The notes: generated from the sequence alone by a model not told the origin. DNA of 24,000 nucleotides from Halomonas sp. (GCF_034520545.1 NZ_JAXHNN010000009.1:298236-322235), one strand, 5' to 3'. Positions 1 to 9,010 are shown, counted from the first letter of the stretch. A program made the numbers and translations.

Positions 1-48
1 GGCAGCCGAAGAGATCGCGGAAGAGCTCTCTTGATGGGGGGAATCATG

Positions 49-219
49 TGCGGCCGTTTCGCCCTCTACAGTGACTTCCCCAGCCTGGCAGCATCCCTCA
101 AGCTGCCGCTTGCCGAGGGTGAGCTGACGCCTCGCTATAACGTTGCGCCGGGCACCTGGATCAGTGCGGTGCGCCGGAACGATGAGAGCGGCGAGCTGTG
201 CCTAGACGCGCTATGGTGA
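49..219 (+). pseudogene. SRAP-domain (YedK/HMCES-like) protein, N-terminal remnant
   Basis: MCGRFALYSDFPSLAASL...PRYNVAPGTWISAVRR matches the SRAP N-terminus, with catalytic Cys2 after Met. The frame stops at TGG-TGA, and the following bases (ggctaccgaaccctgggtcgacgacaaggcgcc) still resemble the continuing coding sequence (GYR..WVDDKAP) but shifted in frame. Confidence 0.8.
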
Positions 220-307
220 GGCTACCGAACCCTGGGTCGACGACAAGGCGCCGCAGCCCACTACCCATGAGGCGCTATGACGGGGAACCCCTGTGGTTTC
301 CCGGTAT

Positions 308-1371
308 CCTAAGACCTGATTAGCAATGATCGTCAGCCCGGTTTGCCCTGATGACGACAAAACCATACTGTACATGTATATAGCTTTCAGGCGGAGGATG
401 ACGTCATGGCCATGAACCCCATCCAGTTTCAGCCCGGCCTGTCGATGCCCGAGTTTTTCGAGCGCTATGGGACCGAAGCGCAGTGTACGGCGGTGTTGGA
501 GCAGACGCGCTGGCCGGACGGCTTTCGCTGCCCGCGCTGCGAAGGCACGTCCTGTTCCCGGGTGCGCCGGCGGCACCATACGCTATACCAGTGCCGTGCC
601 TGCCGTCACCAGACCTCGCTGATCGCCGGCACCCTGATGCAGGGCACCAAGCTGCCGCTGACCACCTGGTTCCTGGCGATCCACCTCATCAGCCAGGCCA
701 AGACCGGGCTGTCGTCGCTGGCCCTCAAGCGTGACCTCGGGGTGAGCTACCCGACAGCCTGGCTCATCCACCACAAGGTGATGGAGGCGATGGCGGAGCG
801 CGAGGCGCGCTACGTCCTCGACGGTCCGGTCCAGGTCGACGATGCCTACCTGGGCGGCGAACGCCGCGGCGGCAAGGCCGGGCGCGGATCGGAGAACAAG
901 GTGCCTTTCGTGGCCGCCGTCTCGCTCAACGAAGCGGGCCATCCGCGCTACGTCAGGCTCACCCCCGTGGCGGCCTTCAGCCGTGAGGCGATCGCCGAGT
1001 GGGCCAAGACGACGCTGCGACCTGGCAGCACGGTCTACTCCGATGGCCTGGCCTGCTTCGGTGCCGTCACCAGCGTCGACTGTACGCATCAGCCCACCGT
1101 CATCGCGGGACGCAAACCCCAGGACGTGCCCGAGTTTCACTGGATCAATACCGTCCTCGGTAATCTCAAGACCAGCCTCTCAGGGGCGTACCATGCCTTC
1201 GGTTTTCAGAAATATGCGGCGCGCTATCTGGCCGCGTTCAGCTATCGCTTCAACCGCCGCTTCGACCTCAGGGAGCTGCCGACCCGGCTGCTCATCGCCG
1301 CGGTACGCTGCAAGCCGCGGCCCCAGCGGGTGATTCGGTCGGCTGAGCTTCATTGCTAATCAGGTCCTAAG
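308..1371 (+). mobile_element. IS1595-family insertion sequence
   Basis: Perfect 15-bp inverted repeats ACCTGATTAGCAATG (314-328) and CATTGCTAATCAGGT (1351-1365) flank the transposase. The 6-bp direct repeat CCTAAG sits immediately outside both (308-313, 1366-1371). Exact boundaries are approximate. Confidence 0.8.
406..1359 (+). CDS. IS1595-family (ISXO2-like) transposase
   Basis: Zinc-ribbon N-terminus (CPRCEG...YQCRACRHQTSLIAGTLMQGTKLPLTTWF) and ISXO2-like core (VQVDDAYLGGERRGGK...WINTVLGNLKTSLSGAYHAF), full length. Confidence 0.92.
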   Translation: MAMNPIQFQPGLSMPEFFERYGTEAQCTAVLEQTRWPDGFRCPRCEGTSCSRVRRRHHTLYQCRACRHQTSLIAGTLMQGTKLPLTTWFLAIHLISQAKTGLSSLALKRDLGVSYPTAWLIHHKVMEAMAEREARYVLDGPVQVDDAYLGGERRGGKAGRGSENKVPFVAAVSLNEAGHPRYVRLTPVAAFSREAIAEWAKTTLRPGSTVYSDGLACFGAVTSVDCTHQPTVIAGRKPQDVPEFHWINTVLGNLKTSLSGAYHAFGFQKYAARYLAAFSYRFNRRFDLRELPTRLLIAAVRCKPRPQRVIRSAELHC

Positions 1372-1599
1372 AAGAGTCCGCCCATGGCGTCGCCAAGAGG
1401 ATCACAAACTCACATCGGAGCCATTCAAACGGAGAGATTATGACCCAAGGACGCTTCATTCTGACTTGTTAATAAATGGCGTCCAAAACGCTTTCTGATC
1501 ATTTGATAAATAATCAGCACTGACCGAAAATTAAAACAATGTCTCGCAATCGTAAGTTAAAAACTTTTATGCATAATTGAAAATATATTGAGGTTTTAC

Positions 1600-2292
1600 A
1601 TGAATTTAATATCTAGAAGGTCGTGGGTCGGATTGCTTTTTTCTCTTTTGCTCAGCACAAGTCTGCAAGTCAGTTCCGATAGCTTGTCAGAAGGAGCTCA
1701 CCTTTATAAGGCTGGCCAGTATCAAAAAGCCTTGTCTGCATGGGAGAAAGCTGCAGAAAACGGAAGTGCCGAAGCAAAGTATAACATTGCCAACATGTAT
1801 TATTTTGGAAAAGGTGTAGAGAAAAATAAGGAGCTGGCTGCATTATGGTATCAGAGAGCGGCGAGTGATGGTCATGCTGCTTCACAGTTTTTTGCCGCCG
1901 AACAACTGTATCACGGTGATGGGGTGAGCATGGATCGGAAAAAAGCGGTGAATTATCTTCGGCAGGCCGCAGAAAATGGGTTCACGAAAGCACAAACAAA
2001 TCTTGCAAATATTTATTTGTCAGGAGTTGGGGTTCCGCAAAACTATTCCGAGGCAGTTAAGTGGTATAAATCTGCTGCTCAGCAAGGTGATGCAGATGCA
2101 CAATATAATTTAAGCAACATGTATGCTCAAGGGCTAGGCGTCGAGGAAGATTATGTTTTTGCATATGTCCTGGCAAGCCTTTCTGCTGCACAAGGCAATG
2201 AAAGTGCAAAATTTAATCGCGAAATAATCGCAAATCTTTTAACCCCGGAGCAGCTGGAGACAGCACAACAGATCGCAGCTTCACTCTATTAA
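1600..2292 (+). CDS. Secreted/periplasmic Sel1-like repeat (SLR/TPR) protein
   Basis: Hydrophobic signal-like N-terminus, then several Sel1-type repeats (AEAKYNIANMYYFGKGVEKN..., TKAQTNLANIYLSGVGVPQNYSEAVKWYKSAAQQGDADAQYNLSNMYAQGLGVEEDY). The ATG at 1600 is preferred over the TTG at 1588. Confidence 0.85.
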   Translation: MNLISRRSWVGLLFSLLLSTSLQVSSDSLSEGAHLYKAGQYQKALSAWEKAAENGSAEAKYNIANMYYFGKGVEKNKELAALWYQRAASDGHAASQFFAAEQLYHGDGVSMDRKKAVNYLRQAAENGFTKAQTNLANIYLSGVGVPQNYSEAVKWYKSAAQQGDADAQYNLSNMYAQGLGVEEDYVFAYVLASLSAAQGNESAKFNREIIANLLTPEQLETAQQIAASLY

Positions 2293-2442
2293 TGCTCGGG
2301 CCTTCATGAAACTGAAACGCGATGAGTCGATTGCCTCAAAGGAGGCATCATCGTAACGAACCGCAATGGCGATCTTTTTTGGCGCGGGTTCGGCTGAGCA
2401 AGTAGGCTAAGTGCCATAAGAACCATGCAGGAGGGAGCAAAC

Positions 2443-2574
2443 ATGGCGGACTGCAGGGAAGCGCCGTTCCAGCAGGACATCATCGAGGCCATGACGGCCC
2501 ACGGCTGGAAGGCCGGCCCGGCCAGCGGCTATGACCGCGCCTCCGCGCTCTACACCGAAGACCTGCTCGGCTAA
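2443..2574 (+). pseudogene. Type I restriction enzyme HsdR N-terminal remnant
   Basis: Good RBS (aggaggg) and ATG; translated MADCREAPFQQDIIEAMTAHGWKAGPASGYDRASALYTEDLLG*, which resembles the HsdR N-terminal motif (FQ..II..m...GW..G...GYDR..ALYTED.LG). It stops after 43 aa at the junction with umuC sequence. Confidence 0.6.
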
Positions 2575-3069
2575 GTGCGCGAAGCCGTCCGTCAGCACGC
2601 CGCCAGGGCAGGGAAGAAGCTGCGTCGTCAGGGAAGCGTCACCAGTGCAGTGATGGTCTTCGCGCGCACCATACCCTTCCAGCTCGACCAGCCCCAGTAC
2701 CGCAAAATCGTTGTCGTCCCGCTGCTTCGTCCCACCGACGACACCCGCGAGATCGCTCACGCCGCCGGTCTTGGCCTCGAGACCATCTTCGCCAAGGGCT
2801 ACCGCCACCAGAAGGCCGGCATGATGCTGCACGACCTCACAGCCGATACCAGCCGCCAGCTCTCCCTGGACGAGACGACGAAGAGCGAGGCCGACCGGCA
2901 GCGCAGCCGACGTCTGATTGCAACCGTCGACAAGCTCAACCGATAGCTGGGCCGCGACACCGTCAGGCTAGGTTTGCCGAGACAAGGCAACGGTTGGGCG
3001 CTACGATGTGAGCGTAGGACACCCAAGTACACGATTCGGTGGGAGGAGCTGGTCAGGGTAAGAGGATGA
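2575..3069 (+). pseudogene. UmuC (Y-family polymerase) C-terminal remnant
   Basis: REAVRQHAARAGKKLRRQGSVTSAVMVFARTIPF...PTDDTREIAHAAGLGLETIFAKGYRHQKAGMMLHDL. In-frame TAG at 2944-2946, then the same frame continues LGRDTVRLGLPRQGNGWALRCERRTPKYTIRWEELVRVRG*, the UmuC C-terminus. Homologous to the intact umuC at 7731-9005. Confidence 0.85.
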
Positions 3070-3432
3070 GGCGCTGGATGGGGGTGATCGATGTAAAGCC
3101 AACATTTCGGGAAATGCAGAAGGGGTGCGGATCTTGGATATACAGCCTAATTTTAATCTAAAATTATTTATATTCAGTAGGTTGACGTAATTTTAGCAGG
3201 CAATATTTTCCAGCCAACGTGCTGGCATTTTCCACCAATCATAGAACACGCTGTCTAACTACTACGCTTTATTTGGCATTGGCCGTCACGCAAAATTTGC
3301 AGTGTGATGCCTGTCATCTACAAATGAGTGTCCAATGATCCGCAGTCCTGTCTATGGCCGCTATTTCGGCACGGCATAAAGCCTTTGTCGGCGCCCGAAC
3401 CTCGTCTACTTTGCATAGTGTAAGGCGGATAC

Positions 3433-4881
3433 ATGAACGAAAATTATGATTTTGAAAAACTGAAGATAAAGAGGCTTTGCTACCAGTGTATCGGTGAACA
3501 GTACTTGAAAGACGAGGTGCAACAAAAGGGCCAAAGAGGACGTTGCTCCTACTGCAGTCGTAGCGTTCGGTCCTACACAATTGGGGCCATTGCAGAGCGC
3601 GTTGAGACGGCATTCGAACAGCATTTCAGGCGGACCTCAGACCAACCCACGGCCTGGCAGCAGTCTCTGTTGTCGGATCGGGAGTCAAGCTATGACTGGG
3701 AGCGCGATGGTGAGCCAGTCATTTGGGCGATCGCAAATGCCGCAGACATTCCGGAGCCTGCGGCAGAGGATATCCAGGTTATATTGGACGACCAGTACGC
3801 CGATTTCGATGCCGCAGCGATGGGCGAAGAAAGTGAATTCTGTTCGGAGTCCTACTACGAGGAAAAGGGATCCAGTGATGATGTGTGGCAAGAGGAGTGG
3901 CGCGATTTTGAACGTTCATTGAAGACTGAGGCGCGCTTCTTCAGTCGGACCGCAGCAGGGCATCTGGCGTCGGTCTTTGGCGGAATCGATGGAATGTATG
4001 CGACCGACGGCAGACCGCTGGTTATTGATGCGGGAGCTCAGACAAATCTGTCCACTATCTACAGAGCGCGCGTCTTTCAGTCTGAAAAAATGTTGCAAGA
4101 GGCGATTTGCCGCCCGGACCTTCATATTGGCCCCCCACCAGCAGTTCTAGCGACCGCTGGGCGAATGAATGCACGAGGTATATCAGTCTTCTATGGCGCA
4201 ACAGATCCAGGGGTGGCGATTGCCGAGGTCAGGCCGCCGGTGGGAAGCCAAGTGGCGGTCGCGCGCTTTGAGATCATCCGTCCCATTCGACTGCTGGATC
4301 TCACTGCCCTTAGAGCAGTGGCTGAGGTCGGCAGTATCTTTGATCCCGGGTGGGCCGCTCGACTTGAGCGCGCGACATTCCTGCGCTCCCTAAGCCAGCG
4401 TATTGCTAGGCCCGTCATGCCGGACGATGAGGCCTTGGAGTATCTCCCTACACAGGCAATCGCTGATTTTTTGGCAACAGAAAACGATCCTGTGCTCGAT
4501 GGCATTATTTTTCCATCTGTCCAGGCGACAGGTGACTTTTTGAACGTTGTCCTATTCCACAAGGCAGCGCGAGTTGAAGCGATGGATATCCCAAAGGGAG
4601 CTGATATCGAGGCGAGTACAGGCCATATGAGTGAGGACGGCTGGGAAGTGGATTACTTAGTAAGCGAACGTCTTTCGCCCAACAGTTCATCAAAGGAAGA
4701 ACACGAAGGGGACCAATTGCCCGGTCTAGACGAATTCGTCGTCAGTGCATGGCAAGCTGGCAATATTGATCTCCGAGATGTGACGTTGCGGAACGACCTT
4801 GAGAGCGTAAAAGTGCACATCGTGCGTTGGGTTCAATACCAGTGTAATGAGTACGACGTAAAGCGATATCGGTGGAATTAA
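3433..4881 (+). CDS. RES-domain protein with zinc-finger/HEPN-RES-type N-terminal region (candidate NAD+-targeting toxin)
   Basis: C-terminal half has RES family hallmarks (TIYRARVF...GRMNARGISVFYGATDPGVAIAEVRPPVGSQVAVARFEI). The N-terminus has paired Cys motifs (CYQCIGEQY...GRCSYC), as in HEPN/RES-NTD-type architectures. RBS aaggcgg precedes the ATG. Confidence 0.8.
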   Translation: MNENYDFEKLKIKRLCYQCIGEQYLKDEVQQKGQRGRCSYCSRSVRSYTIGAIAERVETAFEQHFRRTSDQPTAWQQSLLSDRESSYDWERDGEPVIWAIANAADIPEPAAEDIQVILDDQYADFDAAAMGEESEFCSESYYEEKGSSDDVWQEEWRDFERSLKTEARFFSRTAAGHLASVFGGIDGMYATDGRPLVIDAGAQTNLSTIYRARVFQSEKMLQEAICRPDLHIGPPPAVLATAGRMNARGISVFYGATDPGVAIAEVRPPVGSQVAVARFEIIRPIRLLDLTALRAVAEVGSIFDPGWAARLERATFLRSLSQRIARPVMPDDEALEYLPTQAIADFLATENDPVLDGIIFPSVQATGDFLNVVLFHKAARVEAMDIPKGADIEASTGHMSEDGWEVDYLVSERLSPNSSSKEEHEGDQLPGLDEFVVSAWQAGNIDLRDVTLRNDLESVKVHIVRWVQYQCNEYDVKRYRWN

Positions 4882-4920
4882 AGCGATGTCGATTTAATAA
4901 TCCACTGAATTTCATAAAAA

Positions 4921-5059
4921 AAACAGCACCTGAGGTGTCCAGGGCTCCAGAGTATTCCCCCATGAACACCTGTGCCGGTGTCCGGTAGCCGAGCCGCTTT
5001 CGGGGGCGGTCATTCAGCTTTTTCACCATCCTTCGCACCTCGGCATCGGTGACCTGCCG
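4921..5059 (-). pseudogene. IS30-family transposase C-terminal remnant
   Basis: The minus-strand frame of the 4742-5137 ORF contains RQVTDAEVRRMVKKLNDRPRKRLGYRTPAQVFMGE, a typical IS30 transposase C-terminal motif; the rest of the transposase is absent. Confidence 0.6.
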
Positions 5060-5076
5060 GGAACGTCCCCATAGCC

Positions 5077-5322
5077 TCACCTGGCGCCCCGGCGCCGAGA
5101 GCAAGCTTGATTGGTTGGTTGGTTGGCTTGGCGCCATTGGCTATGGCGTTGTCGTACTGCCACTTCACCAAGAGTGGTCATGGAAACCTTTGTCTCACTG
5201 ACAGTGGCCCTCAATCGAAGTGCCTCGCGCACCAGCTCCCCGAAGGACGCTCCCGGGTGGGTGTTCGGATTATAAATGGCACGGACATAGTGGATCTTTT
5301 TGTAGGCCGGACGACGAGCCAT
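5077..5322 (-). CDS. Uncharacterised small protein (or fragment), beginning MARRPAYKKIHYVRAIYNPNTHPGASFGELVREAL
   Basis: Lies within the 5077-5595 ORF. The internal ATG at 5322 has an upstream AGGAAA. The IS1380 insertion lies just upstream, and the 3' end runs into the IS30 remnant, so it may be truncated. Confidence 0.4.
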   Translation of the reverse strand: MARRPAYKKIHYVRAIYNPNTHPGASFGELVREALRLRATVSETKVSMTTLGEVAVRQRHSQWRQANQPTNQACSRRRGAR

Positions 5323-5357
5323 GAGCTTTTCCTGAGTCGAACGTAGGCATTCTTTGT

Positions 5358-7042
5358 CCTGAATCCGTGAAGCTCGTGCCGACACTTTCCCTATCACCGC
5401 CAGCAAGTATTTTTTGATCACCTGATTCGAAAATTGCGGGGTGATTGAGCGCGATGTCACCGAAAATGCCCGTTCCGAACGGTACAGATAGCCCGGCTTT
5501 TCCGGCTTTTTCACCCACCAGGCACGGCCGGTCTGGCGATTGCGCGTCGCTCGGAAGTGCCTGTGGATAAAGTGTCTTCGGACGGCGGTCAACATGGCGA
5601 GCCTCGCGGGTAACGTAGGCGGCTTCGCAGGGTGTTCAACACCGTCATGCGCCCGATGTCCTGCCCGAAGTCGAGGATGATTTGCCGCGCCTTGTGAATC
5701 ACCAGAGCCGCTCGATGCACCAATTCCTGCAACACAGTCCGTATCCTTCGTCGCTTAGCCGGGTGGCGGACCGGGCTCAGCTCACCGGTCATGCCCAGCT
5801 GCCCCATCAGGCGCAAGATGTTGTAGGCCAGTTGGGCGAGATGCAGGATCAGGTCGTTGGTGGCGAACTTGCCCGAGGGCAGCCGCTCCAGGTCGAGATC
5901 GGTCTTGATCTCGCTGTGGAACTGCTCGTGGGTGGCATGCGCCTGGTAGCGCTTGATCACCGCCTCCGGCGCCTCGTCCAGGCTGGTCCACCAGCCTTCC
6001 AGCTCATAGTCCGGTTCGAGTAGCAGTTGACCATCGCGATCGGCGGTGCGCTCCACCAGACGCATCACGCGCTTGACGACGTATTCGACCTTGTTGTCGT
6101 CGCGGATCGAGACGGTCTGGGTCCACAGCGCCTGGCGCTTGCCAGGGCGCAGCTCTTGCCAATAGTCAGCCGCTACCGCTAGCCAGGTGTCCTGATCGGC
6201 CTTGGCCGAGTCGCGTGGGTTCCATTTGATGAGGTAATCCAGCCGGCGGCCCGCATCGGCAAACGCCTGGCGGTGCCGTTCGATAAGGGCCAGGTGCGCC
6301 TGGCTGTCGAAGCCACTGTCCTCGCGCAGCAGGATCGGTTGCTCGGTCAGGTCCTGGGCGCGGGGTAGCACCCGCTCCAGGAAGGCGTTGCTCTCCTTCA
6401 TGGTGTGCTGCTTGCCGGGGCGCAGCTCCAGGCCCAGGCACCAGCCTTCGTTGCCCAGATAAGCGGCGATCGGGGTGTAGCCATCGACCTTCTGGTAGGT
6501 CCGCGAGACGCCTTCCTTCTTCGAGTTGCTGTTGTCCATGACGAAGGTGTCGATATCCAAGCAGACATGGCCCTTCTCGGCGCTGATGGGCACCTCCGCC
6601 AGCGACAGCAGCGTGGTGGACCAGGTGGCGGTGCGCGCCTGCAGGTCTTGGGCGGCGAGCTTCTCCATCCGCTGACGCAGCGTCGCGGTGCTCGGCACCT
6701 TCTGTAGGGTCAGCAGTTGCTGGAAGGGCTTGTCACGGCGAAAGTTCTCAATAGCGTCATAGTCGCTCATGCCCAAACACAGCAGGCCCAGGTAGCTCTT
6801 GATCACGTCGCTGGTACGCATGCCCAGCGTGGTGGGGAAGCGTCCGTCGATGCTGTCGACGCCGGCGATCTCGAGGCACTGCCCGATAATCGACAGCCCG
6901 GCATGGCTGGTGAGGGTGCGGCGACTGGCGCGGAACTTGACGTTGGGCATGGAAATGTCCGGGTGAACGGCGACAATCGATATATTGCCATGCGCATCAG
7001 GGGGTTAGAAGCGATTTGAGGTGCCGATTTCACGGATTCAGG
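5358..7042 (-). mobile_element. IS1380-family insertion sequence, complete ends
   Basis: Perfect 14-bp terminal inverted repeats CCTGAATCCGTGAA (5358-5371) and TTCACGGATTCAGG (7029-7042), flanked by the 5-bp direct repeat TTTGT (5353-5357 and 7043-7047). Length about 1.69 kb with a full-length transposase. Confidence 0.92.
5589..6950 (-). CDS. IS1380-family transposase
   Basis: 453 aa; LCLGMSDYDAIENFRRD...ATLRQRMEKL...VCLDIDTFVMDNSNSKKEGVSRTYQKVDGYTPIAAYLGNEGWCLGLELRPGKQH and HEQFHSEIKTDLDLERLPSGKFATNDLILHLAQLAYNILRLMGQ are typical of IS1380 (DDE) transposases. Confidence 0.93.
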   Translation of the reverse strand: MPNVKFRASRRTLTSHAGLSIIGQCLEIAGVDSIDGRFPTTLGMRTSDVIKSYLGLLCLGMSDYDAIENFRRDKPFQQLLTLQKVPSTATLRQRMEKLAAQDLQARTATWSTTLLSLAEVPISAEKGHVCLDIDTFVMDNSNSKKEGVSRTYQKVDGYTPIAAYLGNEGWCLGLELRPGKQHTMKESNAFLERVLPRAQDLTEQPILLREDSGFDSQAHLALIERHRQAFADAGRRLDYLIKWNPRDSAKADQDTWLAVAADYWQELRPGKRQALWTQTVSIRDDNKVEYVVKRVMRLVERTADRDGQLLLEPDYELEGWWTSLDEAPEAVIKRYQAHATHEQFHSEIKTDLDLERLPSGKFATNDLILHLAQLAYNILRLMGQLGMTGELSPVRHPAKRRRIRTVLQELVHRAALVIHKARQIILDFGQDIGRMTVLNTLRSRLRYPRGSPC

Positions 7043-7129
7043 TTTGTATACGACTAAATAGCCCAGCGTCTAGAAAGAGCACATCATCTAAATCCATTGC
7101 GGGTCTAACTCGCCGGTCTAGCCTTGCAG

Positions 7130-7591
7130 CCCTGCGCCTGTACGGGCGCCCCGAGATCTTCAACAGCGACCAGGGTGCTCAGTTCACGGCCGAGGCGTTT
7201 ACGGGTGTGCTGAAGCACGAGGGCATCACGATCAGCATGGATGGCCGAGGCCGTGCCTTCGACAACATCTTCGTCGAGCGCCTGTGGCGAACGGTGAAGT
7301 ACGAGGACGTCTACCTCAAGGGCTATGCGACTCCGGTGGAACTGACGCTCGGGTTGACGGAATACTTCGCGTTCTACAATGACGAGCGCCCTCACCAAGC
7401 GCTGGCGAACGAGACACCGGACACAGTCTACCGGGCTCGGCAGGGCGGAGGCGCACTAATCGTGGACAAGTACGGACCGGGGGCGATACCGACCGGTGAC
7501 TCAGTGGGACCAAGACAGCGCTGTTCAGCTGCGAATGAGGCTCAGGTCATTGCTTAAACTCATGCACTTTCTGTCTTGACGGTGGGGTCCA
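7130..7591 (+). mobile_element. IS3-family element, 3' remnant with right terminal end
   Basis: C-terminal OrfB catalytic region only (YGRPEIFNSDQGAQFTAEAFTGVLKHEGITISMDGRGRAFDNIFVERLWRTVKYEDVYLKGYATPVELTLGLTEYFAFYNDERPHQALANETPDTVY). Followed by an IS3-like end, tgtcttgacggtggggtcca (7572-7591). Confidence 0.85.
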
Positions 7592-7730
7592 TTTCAATTC
7601 TCGAGGTCGAAAGATAGCAGCGTAAACTATTGATTAACCTGAAAACGCCTTTTAAAAATTGTCACTCCAAACGTGATGATGCAGGCCGAAGCCGATGACA
7701 TGGATGGCAGTCTGCTATGCGAGTGAGGGG

Positions 7731-9005
7731 TCAGCGTATCTTAGGCAACTCGTCCCAGCGGGTCGTCCAGCGCGGTGTCCGGTTGGCACAGCGCAGATGC
7801 CAGGCAGCTCCAGGCGAGGGACGGCCGAAGGTCACGGTGCCACGTCCCATCCGGCCATTGAGGCTATCGAGGGTCGCCATAAGGTGGTCATTACGCTCTC
7901 GGTCGGCTCGGCTCTCCGTGGTATCCAGCAGCGAGAGCTGTTGCCGGTTGGCATCCACCAGGTCGACCAGCATCACTCCCGCCTTCATGAAGCGATAGCC
8001 TGGTCGGTAGATGGTTTCGAGGGCCTGACTGGCGGCATGCAGGATGTCTCGACTGTCATCGGTGGGCTGCGGCAGTTCCACGATCGCGCTGGGTGAATAT
8101 TGCGGCAGGTCAGGCCGGTGTCGGTTGGTTTTGAGGAATACGTAGACGGCACGCGCCAGGCTGTCCTGGGCACGCAGCTTCTCGGCACTGCGCTGGGCAT
8201 ACTGACGGATCGCCTGATGGATCTCCTGCCGTTTGTCGGTCAGTCGGCCGAAGGAGCGCGAGGTCATGATCCGCTGACGCGCCTGCCCCGGATCGTTCAT
8301 CTCGATGCAGGGAATGCCCTTCAGCTCGAGGCAAGTACGTTCCAGGGTCACCGAGAACCGCTCGCGAATCTGCTTGGGGTCCGCCTGGGCCAGGTCCCAT
8401 GCCGACTGGATGTCCAGCAGCTCAAGGCGCTCCACCAGCCGACGTCCCACACCCCAGACGTCACCCAACGAAATCTGCTTCAGCAACGCCTCGCACTCGG
8501 CGCTGCCGGTTCTCAGCATGCAGACGCCGCCAAAAGCGGGCATCTTCTTGGCCGCCCGGTTGGCCAGCTTGGCCAGCGTACGGGTCGGGGCAATGCCCAC
8601 GCTGACCGGGATATGCGTGAAGCGCCGTACCTTGGTGAACAGTTCCTGCGCATGGCCATGCATCTGATCGACGGTGAAGCTATCGAAACGCACGAACATC
8701 TCGTCGATCGAGTAAGGCTCGACCCCGGCAGAGAACTCCTCCAGCACCTGCTGCACCCGTGAGGACATGTCGCCGTAGAGCTCGTAGTTGGACGACAGCA
8801 GTTCGATCCGCTGACGCCGCTGCAGTGGACGCAGCTCGAAGGCCGGGGTGCCCATCTCCACGCCCAAGGCCTTCAGCTCGTTGGAACGCGCGATCACGCA
8901 GCCATCGTTATTGGACATGACCCCCACGGGCACGCCCTCCAGCCGAGGCTGGAAGGCGCGCTCGCAGCTGACATAGAAGTTGTTGCAGTCGATAAGCCCG
9001 ATCAT
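7731..9005 (-). CDS. umuC: DNA polymerase V catalytic subunit UmuC
   Basis: Full-length Y-family polymerase: MIGLIDCNNFYVSCERAFQPRLEGVPVGVMSNNDGCVIARSNELKALG...YSIDEMFVRFDSF...VSVGIAPTRTLAKLANRAAKK, with C-terminal RCANRTPRWTTRWDELPKIR. Confidence 0.97.
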   Translation of the reverse strand: MIGLIDCNNFYVSCERAFQPRLEGVPVGVMSNNDGCVIARSNELKALGVEMGTPAFELRPLQRRQRIELLSSNYELYGDMSSRVQQVLEEFSAGVEPYSIDEMFVRFDSFTVDQMHGHAQELFTKVRRFTHIPVSVGIAPTRTLAKLANRAAKKMPAFGGVCMLRTGSAECEALLKQISLGDVWGVGRRLVERLELLDIQSAWDLAQADPKQIRERFSVTLERTCLELKGIPCIEMNDPGQARQRIMTSRSFGRLTDKRQEIHQAIRQYAQRSAEKLRAQDSLARAVYVFLKTNRHRPDLPQYSPSAIVELPQPTDDSRDILHAASQALETIYRPGYRFMKAGVMLVDLVDANRQQLSLLDTTESRADRERNDHLMATLDSLNGRMGRGTVTFGRPSPGAAWHLRCANRTPRWTTRWDELPKIR

Positions 9006-9010
9006 GACCC

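Noticed and set aside
583-1140. 185-aa minus-strand ORF inside the IS1595 transposase
   Set aside because: Antisense of a well-supported transposase; no recognisable motifs.
842-1333. 163-aa plus-strand ORF overlapping the IS1595 transposase
   Set aside because: Alternate-frame shadow with Ser/Pro/Arg-rich composition.
2407-2832. 141-aa minus-strand ORF over the hsdR/umuC remnants
   Set aside because: The plus strand carries recognisable HsdR-like and UmuC motifs; this is an antisense shadow.
5107-5346. 79-aa plus-strand ORF starting MIGWLVGLAPLAMALSY
   Set aside because: Hydrophobic start arises from a ttggttggttgg simple repeat; the minus-strand frame looks more protein-like.
8100-8762. 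220-aa plus-strand ORF antisense to umuC
   Set aside because: Antisense shadow of a full-length UmuC.
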